Of a stretch of DNA of 64,000 nucleotides, positions 36,017-46,886 are shown piece after piece (within the stretch, counting starts at the first letter, position 1; the number at the start of each line of letters is the position of its first letter). This DNA is from an uncultured Gammaproteobacteria bacterium (GTDB lineage: Bacteria > Patescibacteriota > Microgenomatia > Levybacterales > UBA12049): positions 18,993 to 82,992 of the forward strand of contig CAZWXQ010000005.1 in the NCBI GenBank assembly GCA_964637955.1, written 5' to 3'. Under the pieces are notes generated by a model. The model worked only from the letters and a program-made list of their open reading frames with translations, had not been told where the DNA came from and did no database searches. A program made the translations under genes and the position numbers.

Positions 36017-37027
36017 GTGAATTTATCAAAATTTATAAAAATTAGCGATAATTACTTGCCGCGTTTACCTTTAAATGTGAGGAGTATTAAATGGACAAAT
36101 GACCCTCAAATCTTAAAGACAGATAAGTACTGGGATCAAAAGGATCCATCGCCCGTAGCGATCCCTGATAAAAATAATAATAAAATTGTTTATCACATTT
36201 ACGGCACAAAGGGTGATGACAGAACCCGGCAGTGGGAAATTCTGCATGCAATAAGTAATTCTCCTGGTGGACCATGGACGGAAGTTTCTACCATAGATGC
36301 AGTAATAAAAGGAAAAGGAGTTGCAGCTCCGGGAGTTATCTATGAAGACGAAAGAGTTCATATGTTTTTGCAAACTGAATTTTTATCTTTAGACGGAACA
36401 ATTGAATATCTTACTTCCGATGACGGAGGCTATAGTTTTTACCATCAGGGAACAGTAATAAGATCAAAAAAAGGCACTGACCAAGCTGGAGTTTATGACC
36501 CTCAGCCACTCATAGTACAAACTCCCGGAAAAACAAAAAGATATATTGTTTACACAGGCATGCCTAAAGTAAGTCATGGAGACGTTTTTCTGGCATCCAG
36601 TAGTGCAGGATGGCACGGACCTTATGAAACTAAAAAAATTATAAGCCATGAAGAAATAAACCATCATAATCAACATAATGATCTAGATTATGAATGGGGG
36701 CTAGAAGGAGGAAACATATTGCTTCTTCCAAACGGTAAATTTTTATTTGTTGGAGTGTCATTCCTGCCGACAGGAGAGAGAGGCACCAGACAGCGTGTGT
36801 TCACGGCAATTGCTAGTAAGATTGAAGGACCATATAAAACACTTGGCCCACTTATAAAACCTAAAAAACCTGGAGAAAATGGTCACCCGGGAATAATAAT
36901 TGAAGACAAAACCATAAGGCTTTTTTATCAAGAAAGAGAAGTAGGAGGACCTTGGAGAATTAAAGAGAGAAATATAGACATGAATGAAATAAACCGAATG
37001 CTTAAAAAAGAAAACTTTAACGTATAA
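36017..37027 (+). CDS. five-bladed beta-propeller glycoside-hydrolase-like protein (GH43/GH130-like)
   Basis: PGGPWT, GVAAPGVIYEDERVHMF, TSDDGGYSF, repeated blade-like segments; tentative. Confidence 0.4.
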   Translation: MNLSKFIKISDNYLPRLPLNVRSIKWTNDPQILKTDKYWDQKDPSPVAIPDKNNNKIVYHIYGTKGDDRTRQWEILHAISNSPGGPWTEVSTIDAVIKGKGVAAPGVIYEDERVHMFLQTEFLSLDGTIEYLTSDDGGYSFYHQGTVIRSKKGTDQAGVYDPQPLIVQTPGKTKRYIVYTGMPKVSHGDVFLASSSAGWHGPYETKKIISHEEINHHNQHNDLDYEWGLEGGNILLLPNGKFLFVGVSFLPTGERGTRQRVFTAIASKIEGPYKTLGPLIKPKKPGENGHPGIIIEDKTIRLFYQEREVGGPWRIKERNIDMNEINRMLKKENFNV

Positions 37028-38263
37028 CTATTCTTTAATTTTGTCTGCAGAGGATTTTTCACGTCTGGATAGATAAATAAACGGAATTGCGCCGAACTGC
37101 AAAAGAGAACCAACCAAGTATGATGCTGAATAACTATAAACATCTGCAACTTTTCCAAGCGCAGGCTGAATAACAATTCCTCCGCTTGAGCCGATAAGTG
37201 AATCAAACGAAAGAACTGTTGCGCGCTGCTCCGATGGGATCAATCCATTTATATAAGTTTGTCTGACTGGCATAAGAGAAGAAAACATAAGACCCCACAA
37301 GAGAATTAGAACTAATGCCAGCCAAAAATTTGTAACAAATGAGACTGAGATAAGAACAATGGCAGAAAAAAGTGTGCCCAAAATTAAAATTGAAGTTCTC
37401 TTGCTGAAAAACCTAGGAAGACGAGAAGCCGTAATCCCTCCAATTATATTTGAAACTGCGACTAACGCAGCTACAAGACCTGCAACAGCATAAGAATTTT
37501 TATCTCCATAAAGCTCAAGAAGATACGGCTGGAGTGCATAAAAAACATAAAAACTTAGTCCCACTAAAAAAGCTTGAGAGAACATAAGATACCTAACAGG
37601 CTTATTCCCAAGTCCATATTCTACAGATTTACTAAATATAAATTTCATTTCAGTAATAGGATTTTTAGGTTTTTTTGGCGAAAAGCCTAAGTCTTTCATA
37701 AGCAAAAAGGCAGTAGCAAAATTTAGAATTAAGATTAACCCTCTTAAAATATAAGGAACACCTAAATTCATGTATTGAGCAATAACTCCACCAGAGATAG
37801 AACCGATTAGCATTGCTACACCTGCTGTTATCTGGCCTTTGGCAAAAATGCTCTCAAGAGTTCCTTTAAAATTAGTGAATTTTAATGCGTCGACCAACCA
37901 AGCCTCTGTTGCACCTGAGAAAAATGCATAACCTATTCCTAAAAACATAGAAGAAACACACCAGCCCCAAAAAGGACCCTGGATTTGCCACATATAATAG
38001 TAAAGAATAGTAGACACAGATAAAGACAAAGTTCCAAGAAGATATGAAGTTCTTCTGCCATAAGTATCAGCAACTATTCCTGTGGGGATTTCAGACAAAA
38101 CCTGTCCAACCGTAAAAAAGGCATTTGCTGCGAAAGCCTGAAAATTTGAAAGACCTGCGCTTAGAAGAAATATTGTATTTATACCCCAAATCAGAGAAGT
38201 AGCTAAAGTGTTCTCGAAAACCAAACTCAAATAAATACTTTGGATACTTTTAAATTTTTTCAT
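37028..38263 (-). CDS. MFS transporter
   Basis: 12 TM, ADTYGRRTSYLLG loop motif (MFS signature G-x-x-x-D-R/K-x-G-R-R). Confidence 0.75.
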   Translation of the reverse strand: MKKFKSIQSIYLSLVFENTLATSLIWGINTIFLLSAGLSNFQAFAANAFFTVGQVLSEIPTGIVADTYGRRTSYLLGTLSLSVSTILYYYMWQIQGPFWGWCVSSMFLGIGYAFFSGATEAWLVDALKFTNFKGTLESIFAKGQITAGVAMLIGSISGGVIAQYMNLGVPYILRGLILILNFATAFLLMKDLGFSPKKPKNPITEMKFIFSKSVEYGLGNKPVRYLMFSQAFLVGLSFYVFYALQPYLLELYGDKNSYAVAGLVAALVAVSNIIGGITASRLPRFFSKRTSILILGTLFSAIVLISVSFVTNFWLALVLILLWGLMFSSLMPVRQTYINGLIPSEQRATVLSFDSLIGSSGGIVIQPALGKVADVYSYSASYLVGSLLQFGAIPFIYLSRREKSSADKIKE

Positions 38264-38343
38264 TACAAAATAATTTTACTATTTTTTTATTCCAAACTTA
38301 AATACCTGTTGACAAGAAGTTTTCAATCTGTTTTTATATATAT

Positions 38344-38616
38344 ATGGCAAAGAAAAAAACGAAAAGTTCAAGCAAACCAGTCGCTAAATCATCAAGCAAG
38401 TCATCAAAAAGTCATGGTCAATTGTTTGATAGTCATCCGAATTTAATTTGGCTACTTCCTGTATTTCTACTTATTGCCGCAGTTGCAGTAATTATGTATA
38501 AGAATTCACTTAACCCAGTATCATCTGATACTATGGTTCAAGTTGAACAAATCCCTCAAGAAATAAATACTACTACGTCTCCAACAGAAGCTATGGAAGC
38601 TCCATCAGGCTACTAA
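38344..38616 (+). CDS. small basic membrane protein
   Basis: MAKKKTKSSSKPVAKSSSKSSK basic N-terminus, one TM. Confidence 0.4.
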   Translation: MAKKKTKSSSKPVAKSSSKSSKSHGQLFDSHPNLIWLLPVFLLIAAVAVIMYKNSLNPVSSDTMVQVEQIPQEINTTTSPTEAMEAPSGY

Positions 38617-38662
38617 TCCTATAGTTTGATATTTGTATCCAGTTTGTGTTAAAATAGATTCT

Positions 38663-38685
38663 CACCGCTTGTGTGCGGTTTTTTT
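38663..38685 (+). terminator. hairpin + U-tract terminator ending exactly at the typA start codon
   Basis: caccgc-ttgtgt-gcggt-ttttttATG. Confidence 0.5.
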
Positions 38686-40509
38686 ATGAAAGATATAAGA
38701 AATATTGCAATTATTGCTCACGTAGATCATGGAAAGACTACTCTCGTTGACGCACTCCTAAAACAATCAAAAACTGTTATGCATAAAGATACTGCAGATT
38801 CTCTAATCATGGACAGCAATGAACTTGAGCAAGAACGTGGAATTACTATTTTTTCTAAAAATGCTTCAGTCACCTGGAATAATACAAAAATAAATATTAT
38901 CGATACACCAGGGCATGCTGACTTCGGCGGAGAAGTAGAAAGAGTTTTAAAAATGGCCGATGGATGCCTACTTTTAATTGATGCCAAAGAAGGACCAATG
39001 CCGCAAACTCGCTTTGTTCTCAAAAAAGCACTTGAAATGAAGCTAAAAATCATAGTTGTAGTAAATAAGATAGATAAACCTGATGCTAGAATTGAATATG
39101 TTTTAGATAAAACTTTAGACTTATTTATTGATTTGGGAGCTGATGACGACGCCCTTGAGTTTCCAGTAATTTATGCATCAGCAAAAAACGGCTTAGCTGG
39201 AAAAGTGCCAGATCTGTCTCAAATGACAGACATTAGTCCGATATTTGATTTGGTTTTAGAACAAATTCCTGCTCCATCAGGTAACCCCGAAGAAGCATTG
39301 CAAATTTTAATAACTACACTTTCAAGAGACACACACAAAGGCAGAATTGCCGTAGGGAGGATTTATAATGGACGCATATCAAAAAATCAAGAAGTTTCTC
39401 AAATAAGACGAAGTGGAGAAATATTAAAACATAAAATTACTTCACTTATAACATTCGTGGGTCTCGACAAAATGGAAGTAGACGAGGCAGAAGCAGGAGA
39501 TATTGTAGCAATTGCTGGAATTGCGGAACCTGAAATAGGAGAAACTATATCAGATCCTATTAATCCTTCAGCTTTGCCTCTTCTTTCAATCGAAGAACCT
39601 ACCATTAGAGCAACATTTATGGTAAATGATTCACCTTTTGCAGGGCGTGAAGGGGAATTTAAAACATCACGTCAAATAAGAGACAGACTTTATAAAGAGC
39701 TTGAAACAGATATGGCACTTCGAGTTGAAGACAATGATAAAGGCTGGCTTGTTTCAGGTCGTGGAGAATTACATCTTGCAATCTTAATTGAAAGAATGAG
39801 AAGAGAGGGATATGAATTCCAGGTAGGAAGGCCTCAAGTGATTAACAAAATGATAGACGGAAAATCATTAACCCCATATGAAAAGGTTTACATAGAAACT
39901 CCAGAAGAATATAGCGGGGCTATAATTCAAAAGATGGGAACAAGACGAGGAGAAATGAAAGACATGAAAACTGAGAATGGAATTTGCTTCATGGAATTTA
40001 TAATAACTACTAAAAATCTTTTTGGTTATAGAAGTGAATTTATAACCGATACAAAAGGCCTAGGAATAATGAACACATTATTTTTTGAATATGGAGAAGA
40101 TAGCGGCTTTTCTATTCAAAGAGACCAGGGCTCCCTTGTTTCTCACGAAAGTGGCGTTACTACCGGATATTCCTTAACAAGTATTCAAGATAGAGGATTA
40201 TTATTTATAGGCCCAGAGACACAAGTCTACAAAGGTCAAGTTATTGGCCAAAATTCTAGAAATGATGATATTCGCGTAAATGCTTGCAAAACAAAACAAT
40301 TAACGAATCACAGATCAAAAGGCGATGGAGTTTCTGTTTACTTTAAGACACCAAAAGAAATGAGTCTTGAAGATGCTCTCGAATACATTTCAGATGATGA
40401 ACTGGTAGAAGTTACTCCAAAAACTATCAGAATTAGAAAACTTATCCTAGATGAAATAGAAGAAAGACGAAAACGCGCAATGGGACTTTCTCCACGACCT
40501 CAGGCTTGA
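38686..40509 (+). CDS. typA: translational GTPase TypA/BipA
   Basis: IRNIAIIAHVDHGKTTLVDALL, DTPGHADFGGEVER, NKIDK; EF-G-like domains; start taken at MKDIRN. Confidence 0.9.
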   Translation: MKDIRNIAIIAHVDHGKTTLVDALLKQSKTVMHKDTADSLIMDSNELEQERGITIFSKNASVTWNNTKINIIDTPGHADFGGEVERVLKMADGCLLLIDAKEGPMPQTRFVLKKALEMKLKIIVVVNKIDKPDARIEYVLDKTLDLFIDLGADDDALEFPVIYASAKNGLAGKVPDLSQMTDISPIFDLVLEQIPAPSGNPEEALQILITTLSRDTHKGRIAVGRIYNGRISKNQEVSQIRRSGEILKHKITSLITFVGLDKMEVDEAEAGDIVAIAGIAEPEIGETISDPINPSALPLLSIEEPTIRATFMVNDSPFAGREGEFKTSRQIRDRLYKELETDMALRVEDNDKGWLVSGRGELHLAILIERMRREGYEFQVGRPQVINKMIDGKSLTPYEKVYIETPEEYSGAIIQKMGTRRGEMKDMKTENGICFMEFIITTKNLFGYRSEFITDTKGLGIMNTLFFEYGEDSGFSIQRDQGSLVSHESGVTTGYSLTSIQDRGLLFIGPETQVYKGQVIGQNSRNDDIRVNACKTKQLTNHRSKGDGVSVYFKTPKEMSLEDALEYISDDELVEVTPKTIRIRKLILDEIEERRKRAMGLSPRPQA

Positions 40510-40544
40510 CATCTGCTCTAAAATAGCCTATAATACGCAATACT

Positions 40545-41096
40545 ATGGGATCAAGATCAATTATTTTAGCGATAGCACTCATAATTTTTACGGTTATTCT
40601 TGCAATTGTATTTGTAATTGGAAGAGTTAGAACCAATAATTCTCCTGAGAAGAAAGTTGAAGAAACAGTAACTCAAGTTGAAGTTAGAGATGTAGTTCCT
40701 GTAAGAGATATTATCCAAACACCTATGGTATATGCTGGATATAATCTTGAGGTAGATTCAAAAATTGTAGCTTGGGCCACAAATAGAGCATTTTATTTCA
40801 ATACAACAATCGGAGCTGGATTCGCTGGTGGAACTAAAAGAAATTTACTCGTTGTAGCGAAAGAACCATTTAACCTGCCACAAGATCCAAATGATGGAAA
40901 AGTTGGCCTAGGCGAAACAATTAATGTTACTGCAAAAGGAACAGTAGAAATACTAAATAAAGATCAACTAGAAGCTTTACTTGGCATCGATTTTGATGAT
41001 CCAAATAATGACTTATATGACGCTTTTCTCCAAGGATGGACACTTGGACCAGTTTTAGTTTTAGGAGAAGTTGAACCTGTGTCCACTACTAAATAG
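40545..41096 (+). CDS. membrane-anchored secreted hypothetical protein
   Basis: N-terminal TM IILAIALIIFTVILAIVFVI, extracellular beta-rich domain. Confidence 0.45.
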   Translation: MGSRSIILAIALIIFTVILAIVFVIGRVRTNNSPEKKVEETVTQVEVRDVVPVRDIIQTPMVYAGYNLEVDSKIVAWATNRAFYFNTTIGAGFAGGTKRNLLVVAKEPFNLPQDPNDGKVGLGETINVTAKGTVEILNKDQLEALLGIDFDDPNNDLYDAFLQGWTLGPVLVLGEVEPVSTTK

Positions 41097-41149
41097 CTAC
41101 TTAAGAAATTCTTAAGCATACTTTCAGCAAATTGGTATAATCTAGTATC

Positions 41150-41815
41150 ATGAAAATACTCCTCGTTGAAGACGAACATAAAATTGCCAACTCGATTAAA
41201 AATGGTCTTACCCAAGAAAAATATGTGGTTGATGTTTCCTTTGATGGTCAAAGTGGACTTGATTTAGCAATCTCAGAGAGCTATGACGTGATTATATTAG
41301 ATAGAATGCTTCCAGAAATAAGTGGCGATGAAATCATAACTGAAATAAGAAAAAACAAAATACACACACCAATTCTCATGCTTACCGCCAAAGGAACAAT
41401 TGAAGATAAAGTTGATGGCTTAAACATGGGCGCTGATGATTACTTAACCAAACCTTTTGCATTCCTAGAGCTTCTAGCAAGAATTAAGGCCTTAGCCAGA
41501 AGGCCAAAAAACAAAGTTGATCAAACTTTGACTTACGAGAACATAAGCCTAGATACGCAAAGATATGAAGTTAAAAGAGGAAATAATAAAATTGAATTAT
41601 CCAATAAAGAATTTACCCTTTTAGAGTTTTTCATGAGACATCCTGAAAAAGTTTATAGCAAGGACCAAATTATAGCTAGCGTATGGAGCTATGAATCTGA
41701 TATTTTGCCAAATTCTGTTGAAGTATATGTAAAACACTTGAGAGATAAGCTTGGTAAACCTGATGCAATTACCACTGTCAGGGGATTTGGGTATAAACTA
41801 AAAGTAAAGAAATAA
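41150..41815 (+). CDS. OmpR-family response regulator
   Basis: REC domain (MKILLVEDE...ILDRMLPEISGDEI...MLTAKG) + winged-helix (VYSKDQIIASVWSYE...VEVYVKHLRDKLG...TVRGFGYKL). Confidence 0.85.
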   Translation: MKILLVEDEHKIANSIKNGLTQEKYVVDVSFDGQSGLDLAISESYDVIILDRMLPEISGDEIITEIRKNKIHTPILMLTAKGTIEDKVDGLNMGADDYLTKPFAFLELLARIKALARRPKNKVDQTLTYENISLDTQRYEVKRGNNKIELSNKEFTLLEFFMRHPEKVYSKDQIIASVWSYESDILPNSVEVYVKHLRDKLGKPDAITTVRGFGYKLKVKK

Positions 41816-41816
41816 T

Positions 41817-42809
41817 ATGTTTGAAAAAACCAGAATTAAGCTTACTACCTGGTATTTGGTAATTATAATGATTATAAGCCTCCTTTTTAGTGTGGTTATA
41901 TATTCTATAGTCAATTCGGAATTCATTAGATTTGAAAGAATGCAGATTCGTATTCAGCAAGAGATTGAAAATGGAATCCAACCTCACGCTCCAAGGTTTG
42001 TTCAGATCGATCCAGATGCTATTAGTGAAGCAAGGGAACACCTAATCACAAGGCTTGCATTAATTAACTTGGCTATATTTATATTTTCAGGTGCTGCTGG
42101 GTATTTTCTTGCAGGCAGAACTTTGAGGCCCATTAAAAACAGCATGGAGGAACAAAAACGTTTTATTTCAGACTCGTCACACGAGCTTCGAACGCCATTA
42201 ACATCACTTAGAAGTGAAATAGAAGTAGGATTACTTGATAAAAATCTAACGCTTATCAAATCAAAGAAAATTCTAGAAAGTAATCTTGAAGAAGTTATTA
42301 GTCTTCAGACTCTTAGCGATAATCTTCTCGAACTTGCACAAAATGGTAAAACAATCAGCAAGGATGCTGATAATATTTCACTAGAAAATATAATTCAAAA
42401 TGCAATTAAGAAACTTGAGCCAATTGCCAAAGCAAAAGAAATAAAAATAGATAATACGGTAAACAAAACAAAAGTAAAAGGAATTGAAGATCGACTTCAG
42501 GAACTTTTCGTGATTCTTATTGATAATGCTATAAAATATTCTCCTAAAAAATCTATTATAGATATAAAATCAAAACAATCTGGAAATAAAATTGAAATTC
42601 TGGTAATTGATCATGGTAGAGGTATTTCTGAAAAAGATTTACCACATATTTTTGATCGTTTTTATAGAAGCGACGAATCCCGTTCTGAAAGCGGATATGG
42701 ACTCGGACTATCAATTGCAAAAAAAATTGCGCAGTCTCATAATGGGGAAATTGAAGCAACAAGTACACTTGGCAAAGGAACACAATTTAAGGTTATTTTA
42801 CCTGCCTAA
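41817..42809 (+). CDS. sensor histidine kinase
   Basis: 2 TM, H-box SHELRTPLTS, N-box IDNAIKYS, G-boxes DHGRGI and GYGLGLSIAKKIA. Confidence 0.85.
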   Translation: MFEKTRIKLTTWYLVIIMIISLLFSVVIYSIVNSEFIRFERMQIRIQQEIENGIQPHAPRFVQIDPDAISEAREHLITRLALINLAIFIFSGAAGYFLAGRTLRPIKNSMEEQKRFISDSSHELRTPLTSLRSEIEVGLLDKNLTLIKSKKILESNLEEVISLQTLSDNLLELAQNGKTISKDADNISLENIIQNAIKKLEPIAKAKEIKIDNTVNKTKVKGIEDRLQELFVILIDNAIKYSPKKSIIDIKSKQSGNKIEILVIDHGRGISEKDLPHIFDRFYRSDESRSESGYGLGLSIAKKIAQSHNGEIEATSTLGKGTQFKVILPA

Positions 42810-42874
42810 TATTTAGTACAATAAACAGGCTTTTTTAAGCTAACTTTAAGGAACCTGCCCTAAAATGATTCTAA

Positions 42875-44197
42875 ATGAAATTATTCTTAGGACGGATTTC
42901 GTCCAAAATTAAATCTATCTGGCAAAGGTTTTTAAAATTATCCTTATTTAAAAAGGGGATAATTTTGGTAGTTATTTTGGTGATTATCTTTGCAGGATAT
43001 AAGTTTGCAGAAAGTAAAAAAGATGTTAAACCCGTTTACCAAACGACGGCAGCTGAAAAAGGAACTCTAATCTCCTCAATTACATCGTCTGGAACAATCA
43101 CTTCAGCAAATAGTGCTTCAATCTCGACAAATGCGTCAGGAATCGTAAAAGAAATTTATGTAAAAGACGGAGACTATGTAACTGCAGGACAATCAATTGC
43201 AGCTTTGGAATTAGATCAAGTAAGTCAGCAGAAAGCAACAGCAGCTTACGCCTCTTATTTGTCAGCACAAGCAAGCTTAAATAGTGCTCAGGCAAATATT
43301 AATTCGCTCCAATCTGCGCTATTTAAAGCAAATCAAACATTTGTAAATGGCAAAGGAAGCTCAGCGACTCCTGACACTTCGGACCCCACATATATCCAGC
43401 AGCGTGCGGATTGGCTTCAGGCAGAAGCAAACTATAATAACCAACAAACTGTGATCGCAGCAGCTCAGGCCAACCTTAGTAGCGCATCTATTTCTATGAA
43501 TCAAACATCTTCGACCATAACTGCACCAATCGCAGGCTATATCTCAGGTCTTACCTTAACTGCTGGACTCCCAATTAAATCTACGAGTTCTGACTCCACT
43601 TCAAACGCCTCAGGAACAACGGTTGGAGTGGTAAAACTAGCAGATACTAATCCTCAGGCAAGTGTTAGTCTAACTGAAATCGATGTTACGAAGGTAAAAA
43701 TAGGACAAAAAGTCAGCATGACTCTTGATGCATTGTCTGATAAATCATTTACTGGAAAAGTTGTTTCAATTGATACGACTGGCTCTGTCTCATCTGGAGT
43801 AACTTCATATCCGGTGGTAATAGCGTTTGATACATCACTTGATAATATTTATCCAAATATGAGTGTTAATTCAAATATAATAACCGATGTAAAAGATGAT
43901 GTACTCATCATTCCAACAGCTGCAATTCAAACAATAAATGGCGAAAAATTTGTAAGAGTGAAAAAAGGAGACCAGGTAACGCAAGTTAGTGTAACAACCG
44001 GAAACTCTAATGATACCCAAACAGAAATTACATCAGGACTAAAAGAAGGCGATTTGGTAGTAACTGGATCAGCATCCTTACAAGCTCCAGGTGGACAAAC
44101 TGTCTCTCCATTTGGAAATGCTGGATTTGGAGGAGCCACTAGAGCAACTTCTGTAGGAGGAGCTGGTGGAAACGTAATCAGAATCCAACAAAGATAA
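42875..44197 (+). CDS. HlyD/MacA-family periplasmic adaptor
   Basis: N-terminal TM, long Q/A/S-rich coiled coil, C-terminal beta domains; followed by ABC ATPase + FtsX permease. Confidence 0.6.
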   Translation: MKLFLGRISSKIKSIWQRFLKLSLFKKGIILVVILVIIFAGYKFAESKKDVKPVYQTTAAEKGTLISSITSSGTITSANSASISTNASGIVKEIYVKDGDYVTAGQSIAALELDQVSQQKATAAYASYLSAQASLNSAQANINSLQSALFKANQTFVNGKGSSATPDTSDPTYIQQRADWLQAEANYNNQQTVIAAAQANLSSASISMNQTSSTITAPIAGYISGLTLTAGLPIKSTSSDSTSNASGTTVGVVKLADTNPQASVSLTEIDVTKVKIGQKVSMTLDALSDKSFTGKVVSIDTTGSVSSGVTSYPVVIAFDTSLDNIYPNMSVNSNIITDVKDDVLIIPTAAIQTINGEKFVRVKKGDQVTQVSVTTGNSNDTQTEITSGLKEGDLVVTGSASLQAPGGQTVSPFGNAGFGGATRATSVGGAGGNVIRIQQR

Positions 44198-44198
44198 T

Positions 44199-44891
44199 AT
44201 GATAAATATTTCTCATGTCCGCAAAGTATACAAAATGGGAGATGTAGAAACTGTTGCACTCTCTGACATTTCATTTAATATCAAAAAAGGTGAATTTGTA
44301 GCCATAATGGGTCCATCTGGATCTGGAAAATCTACACTCATGCATATTCTAGGAGCTCTCGATACTCCTACCTCGGGGAGCTATATTCTCGACGGAGAAG
44401 AAGTTAGCAAGCTTAAAGATGATGAGCTTGCCAAAATAAGAAATCGAAAAATTGGTTTTATTTTCCAGTCGTTTAATTTGCTTCCCAGAACTTCGGCTCT
44501 AAAAAACGTCATGCTTCCGATGAGATACGGAAATGTAGAAAAAAGTAAAAGGCAAGAAACTGCAGAAAAATATCTGGAAATGGTTGGACTTAAAGATCGG
44601 ATGTCGCATACTTCAAGTCAACTTTCAGGCGGCCAGCAGCAAAGAGTAGCAATCGCCCGGGGTCTTTCCATGAATCCTTCGATAATCCTTGCTGATGAAC
44701 CTACTGGAAATATAGCCTCATCTCAAGCCCAAGAAGTCATGGAGATTTTTCAAAAAATAAACAAAGAAGGTCACACGGTAGTAATGATTACACATGAGCC
44801 AGATATTGCAGATTATGCAAAAAGAATAATAACCATAAAGGATGGCAACATAATTTCAGACAAACTTAATAGCAAAATCTTCAAAGTATGA
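44199..44891 (+). CDS. ABC transporter ATP-binding protein (MacB/LolD-type)
   Basis: [33 protein letters not shown]. Confidence 0.9.
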   Translation: MINISHVRKVYKMGDVETVALSDISFNIKKGEFVAIMGPSGSGKSTLMHILGALDTPTSGSYILDGEEVSKLKDDELAKIRNRKIGFIFQSFNLLPRTSALKNVMLPMRYGNVEKSKRQETAEKYLEMVGLKDRMSHTSSQLSGGQQQRVAIARGLSMNPSIILADEPTGNIASSQAQEVMEIFQKINKEGHTVVMITHEPDIADYAKRIITIKDGNIISDKLNSKIFKV

Positions 44892-46123
44892 TTAATTCAG
44901 AATTATTTGAAACGTTTATAGAAAGCTTATCTACGCTAACCTTAAATAAACTGCGGACTGGACTAGCTATGCTTGGAATAGTGATTGGAATTGGAAGTGT
45001 TATTGCTCTTTTATCTCTTGGCCAAGCTACACAAAAACAAATAACAAATCAGATTCAATCTCTAGGCGCAAATCTGCTTACGGTCACTCCGGGCTCACAA
45101 ACCGGTGGCGGAGGAGTAAGGGGAGCATTGGGAGGCGGCACTACTTTAACTCTTGAGGATGCAAATGCAATCTCAACTGATCCATCAATAACTACTATTA
45201 ATAACGTTTCGCCTGAGCTTAATTCGCGAGATCAAGTCACCACTGGAAAAAGCAATACAAATGTTCAGATAATTGGAAGCACACAGACCTACCCTGCAGT
45301 TCATAAGCTGGAAATATCAGAAGGATCTTTCATTACTGACTCCCAATCAAATAGTCTATCTCGTGTCGCTGTTGTAGGCCCACAAGTCGTAACAGATCTT
45401 TTTGGTGAGGGAAGTAGCGCAATCGGACAAACCATAAGAATAGCTGGACAATCATTTACAATAATTGGTGTCACTGTTTCAAAAGGTGGCACTGGATTTC
45501 TTAACCAAGACAATATAATTTATGTTCCTCTGAAAACTGCACAAAAACAGCTTTTTGGTCAAGATTACTTAAGCTCTATAGCTCTTGAGGCAAAAAGTCC
45601 TGAATTAATGACCCAGGCCCAAAGCGAAGTAGGATATCTTCTTTTAAATAGACATAAGCTATCTGATCCCGCTGAAGCCGACTTTTCTATTTTTTCTCAA
45701 CAAGATATTCTAAATGCTGTTTCTTCAACAACTGGCACATTTACAGCGCTTCTTTCAGGTATTGCGGCAATTTCTCTACTTGTAGGAGGCATTGGAATTA
45801 TGAATATAATGCTTGTGACTGTAACTGAAAGAACTCGCGAAATAGGCCTTAGAAAAGCTCTGGGAGCCACAAAAAATACTATAGTAACTCAATTTTTATT
45901 CGAAGCTGTGATTCTTACTTTTATAGGCGGAATCATAGGAATGATTGGTGGAATAATTGTGTTTTTTGGGATTTCTAAATTTGCTAATTTTCCATTCATT
46001 ATTTCAGTCCCGTCAATTTTCTTAGCATTACTCGTAAGCGGAGTTATCGGAATTATCTTCGGATGGTATCCTGCAAGAAGAGCCGCAAATTTACAACCAA
46101 TTGAAGCATTAAGATTTGAATAG
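44888..46123 (+). CDS. ABC transporter permease, FtsX-like
   Basis: Paralog of 21939..23132 (shared ...LLVGGIGI.NIMLV.VTERTREIGLRKALGA...). Confidence 0.8.
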   Translation: MINSELFETFIESLSTLTLNKLRTGLAMLGIVIGIGSVIALLSLGQATQKQITNQIQSLGANLLTVTPGSQTGGGGVRGALGGGTTLTLEDANAISTDPSITTINNVSPELNSRDQVTTGKSNTNVQIIGSTQTYPAVHKLEISEGSFITDSQSNSLSRVAVVGPQVVTDLFGEGSSAIGQTIRIAGQSFTIIGVTVSKGGTGFLNQDNIIYVPLKTAQKQLFGQDYLSSIALEAKSPELMTQAQSEVGYLLLNRHKLSDPAEADFSIFSQQDILNAVSSTTGTFTALLSGIAAISLLVGGIGIMNIMLVTVTERTREIGLRKALGATKNTIVTQFLFEAVILTFIGGIIGMIGGIIVFFGISKFANFPFIISVPSIFLALLVSGVIGIIFGWYPARRAANLQPIEALRFE

Positions 46124-46249
46124 AATTAATATAATTAAAAATTGAAATTAAATAAAATTGGATATCCATTTTAGCCTATGGCTAAAAGGATCCAAGATGT
46201 TACTAAGCTTTTTTAAAAAAAGCAAGTAAATCTAGGAGGAGGTGATTAT

Positions 46250-46717
46250 ATGAAAAACCAATTAATAATAGGCGTTGTAGTTGCTTTAGCTCTCGGTGGA
46301 GCTTTAGGGTTTGTGGGCGGTATGCAATATCAAAAATCTCAGAAACCTGACATGATGGCATTCACGACTGGCTCTCAATCAGGACAGGCAATAGTGGGCA
46401 GAAGAGAAGGCGGAAATACTACATTTGCGATGCGTACAGGAGGACCAAATGGAGGTGGAGCCGTTGGGGAAATTATTTCAGCAGATGATAAATCAATCAC
46501 TGTTAAACTTCCTGATGGAAGCAGCAAAATAATTCTTATTAATAGTAAAACTTCAATAAATAAATCTTCGGAAGGAAGTATTGAAGATCTAAAAACAGGT
46601 GAAAGCGTAGCTGCATTTGGAGAAGGTAACTCAGATGGATCAATTACTGCGGTAAGCATTCAATTAAATCCACAAATGAGAATAATGACAAGACCAAGCG
46701 GTGAACCACAACAATAA
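46250..46717 (+). CDS. secreted Gly/Ser-rich hypothetical protein
   Basis: Signal/TM LIIGVVVALALGGALGFVGG, strong SD AGGAGGAGG upstream. Confidence 0.45.
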   Translation: MKNQLIIGVVVALALGGALGFVGGMQYQKSQKPDMMAFTTGSQSGQAIVGRREGGNTTFAMRTGGPNGGGAVGEIISADDKSITVKLPDGSSKIILINSKTSINKSSEGSIEDLKTGESVAAFGEGNSDGSITAVSIQLNPQMRIMTRPSGEPQQ

Positions 46718-46744
46718 GTTAAGGAACATAGAATTAAACAGCTC

Positions 46745-46772
46745 CCTTTTGGGAGCTGTTTTGCTTAGTTAA
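46745..46772 (+). terminator. rho-independent terminator
   Basis: acagctccc-tttt-gggagctgt-tttgc. Confidence 0.6.
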
Positions 46773-46886
46773 GCAGTTTTTAAGTTTTCTTCTCTAATAT
46801 AGACAAATAAGATCTAAAACTAATTTTCAATATATCCCGTAAACGTATTGAAGAGTTAATTGATCTACATTCAAAAGTGAGTCAAT

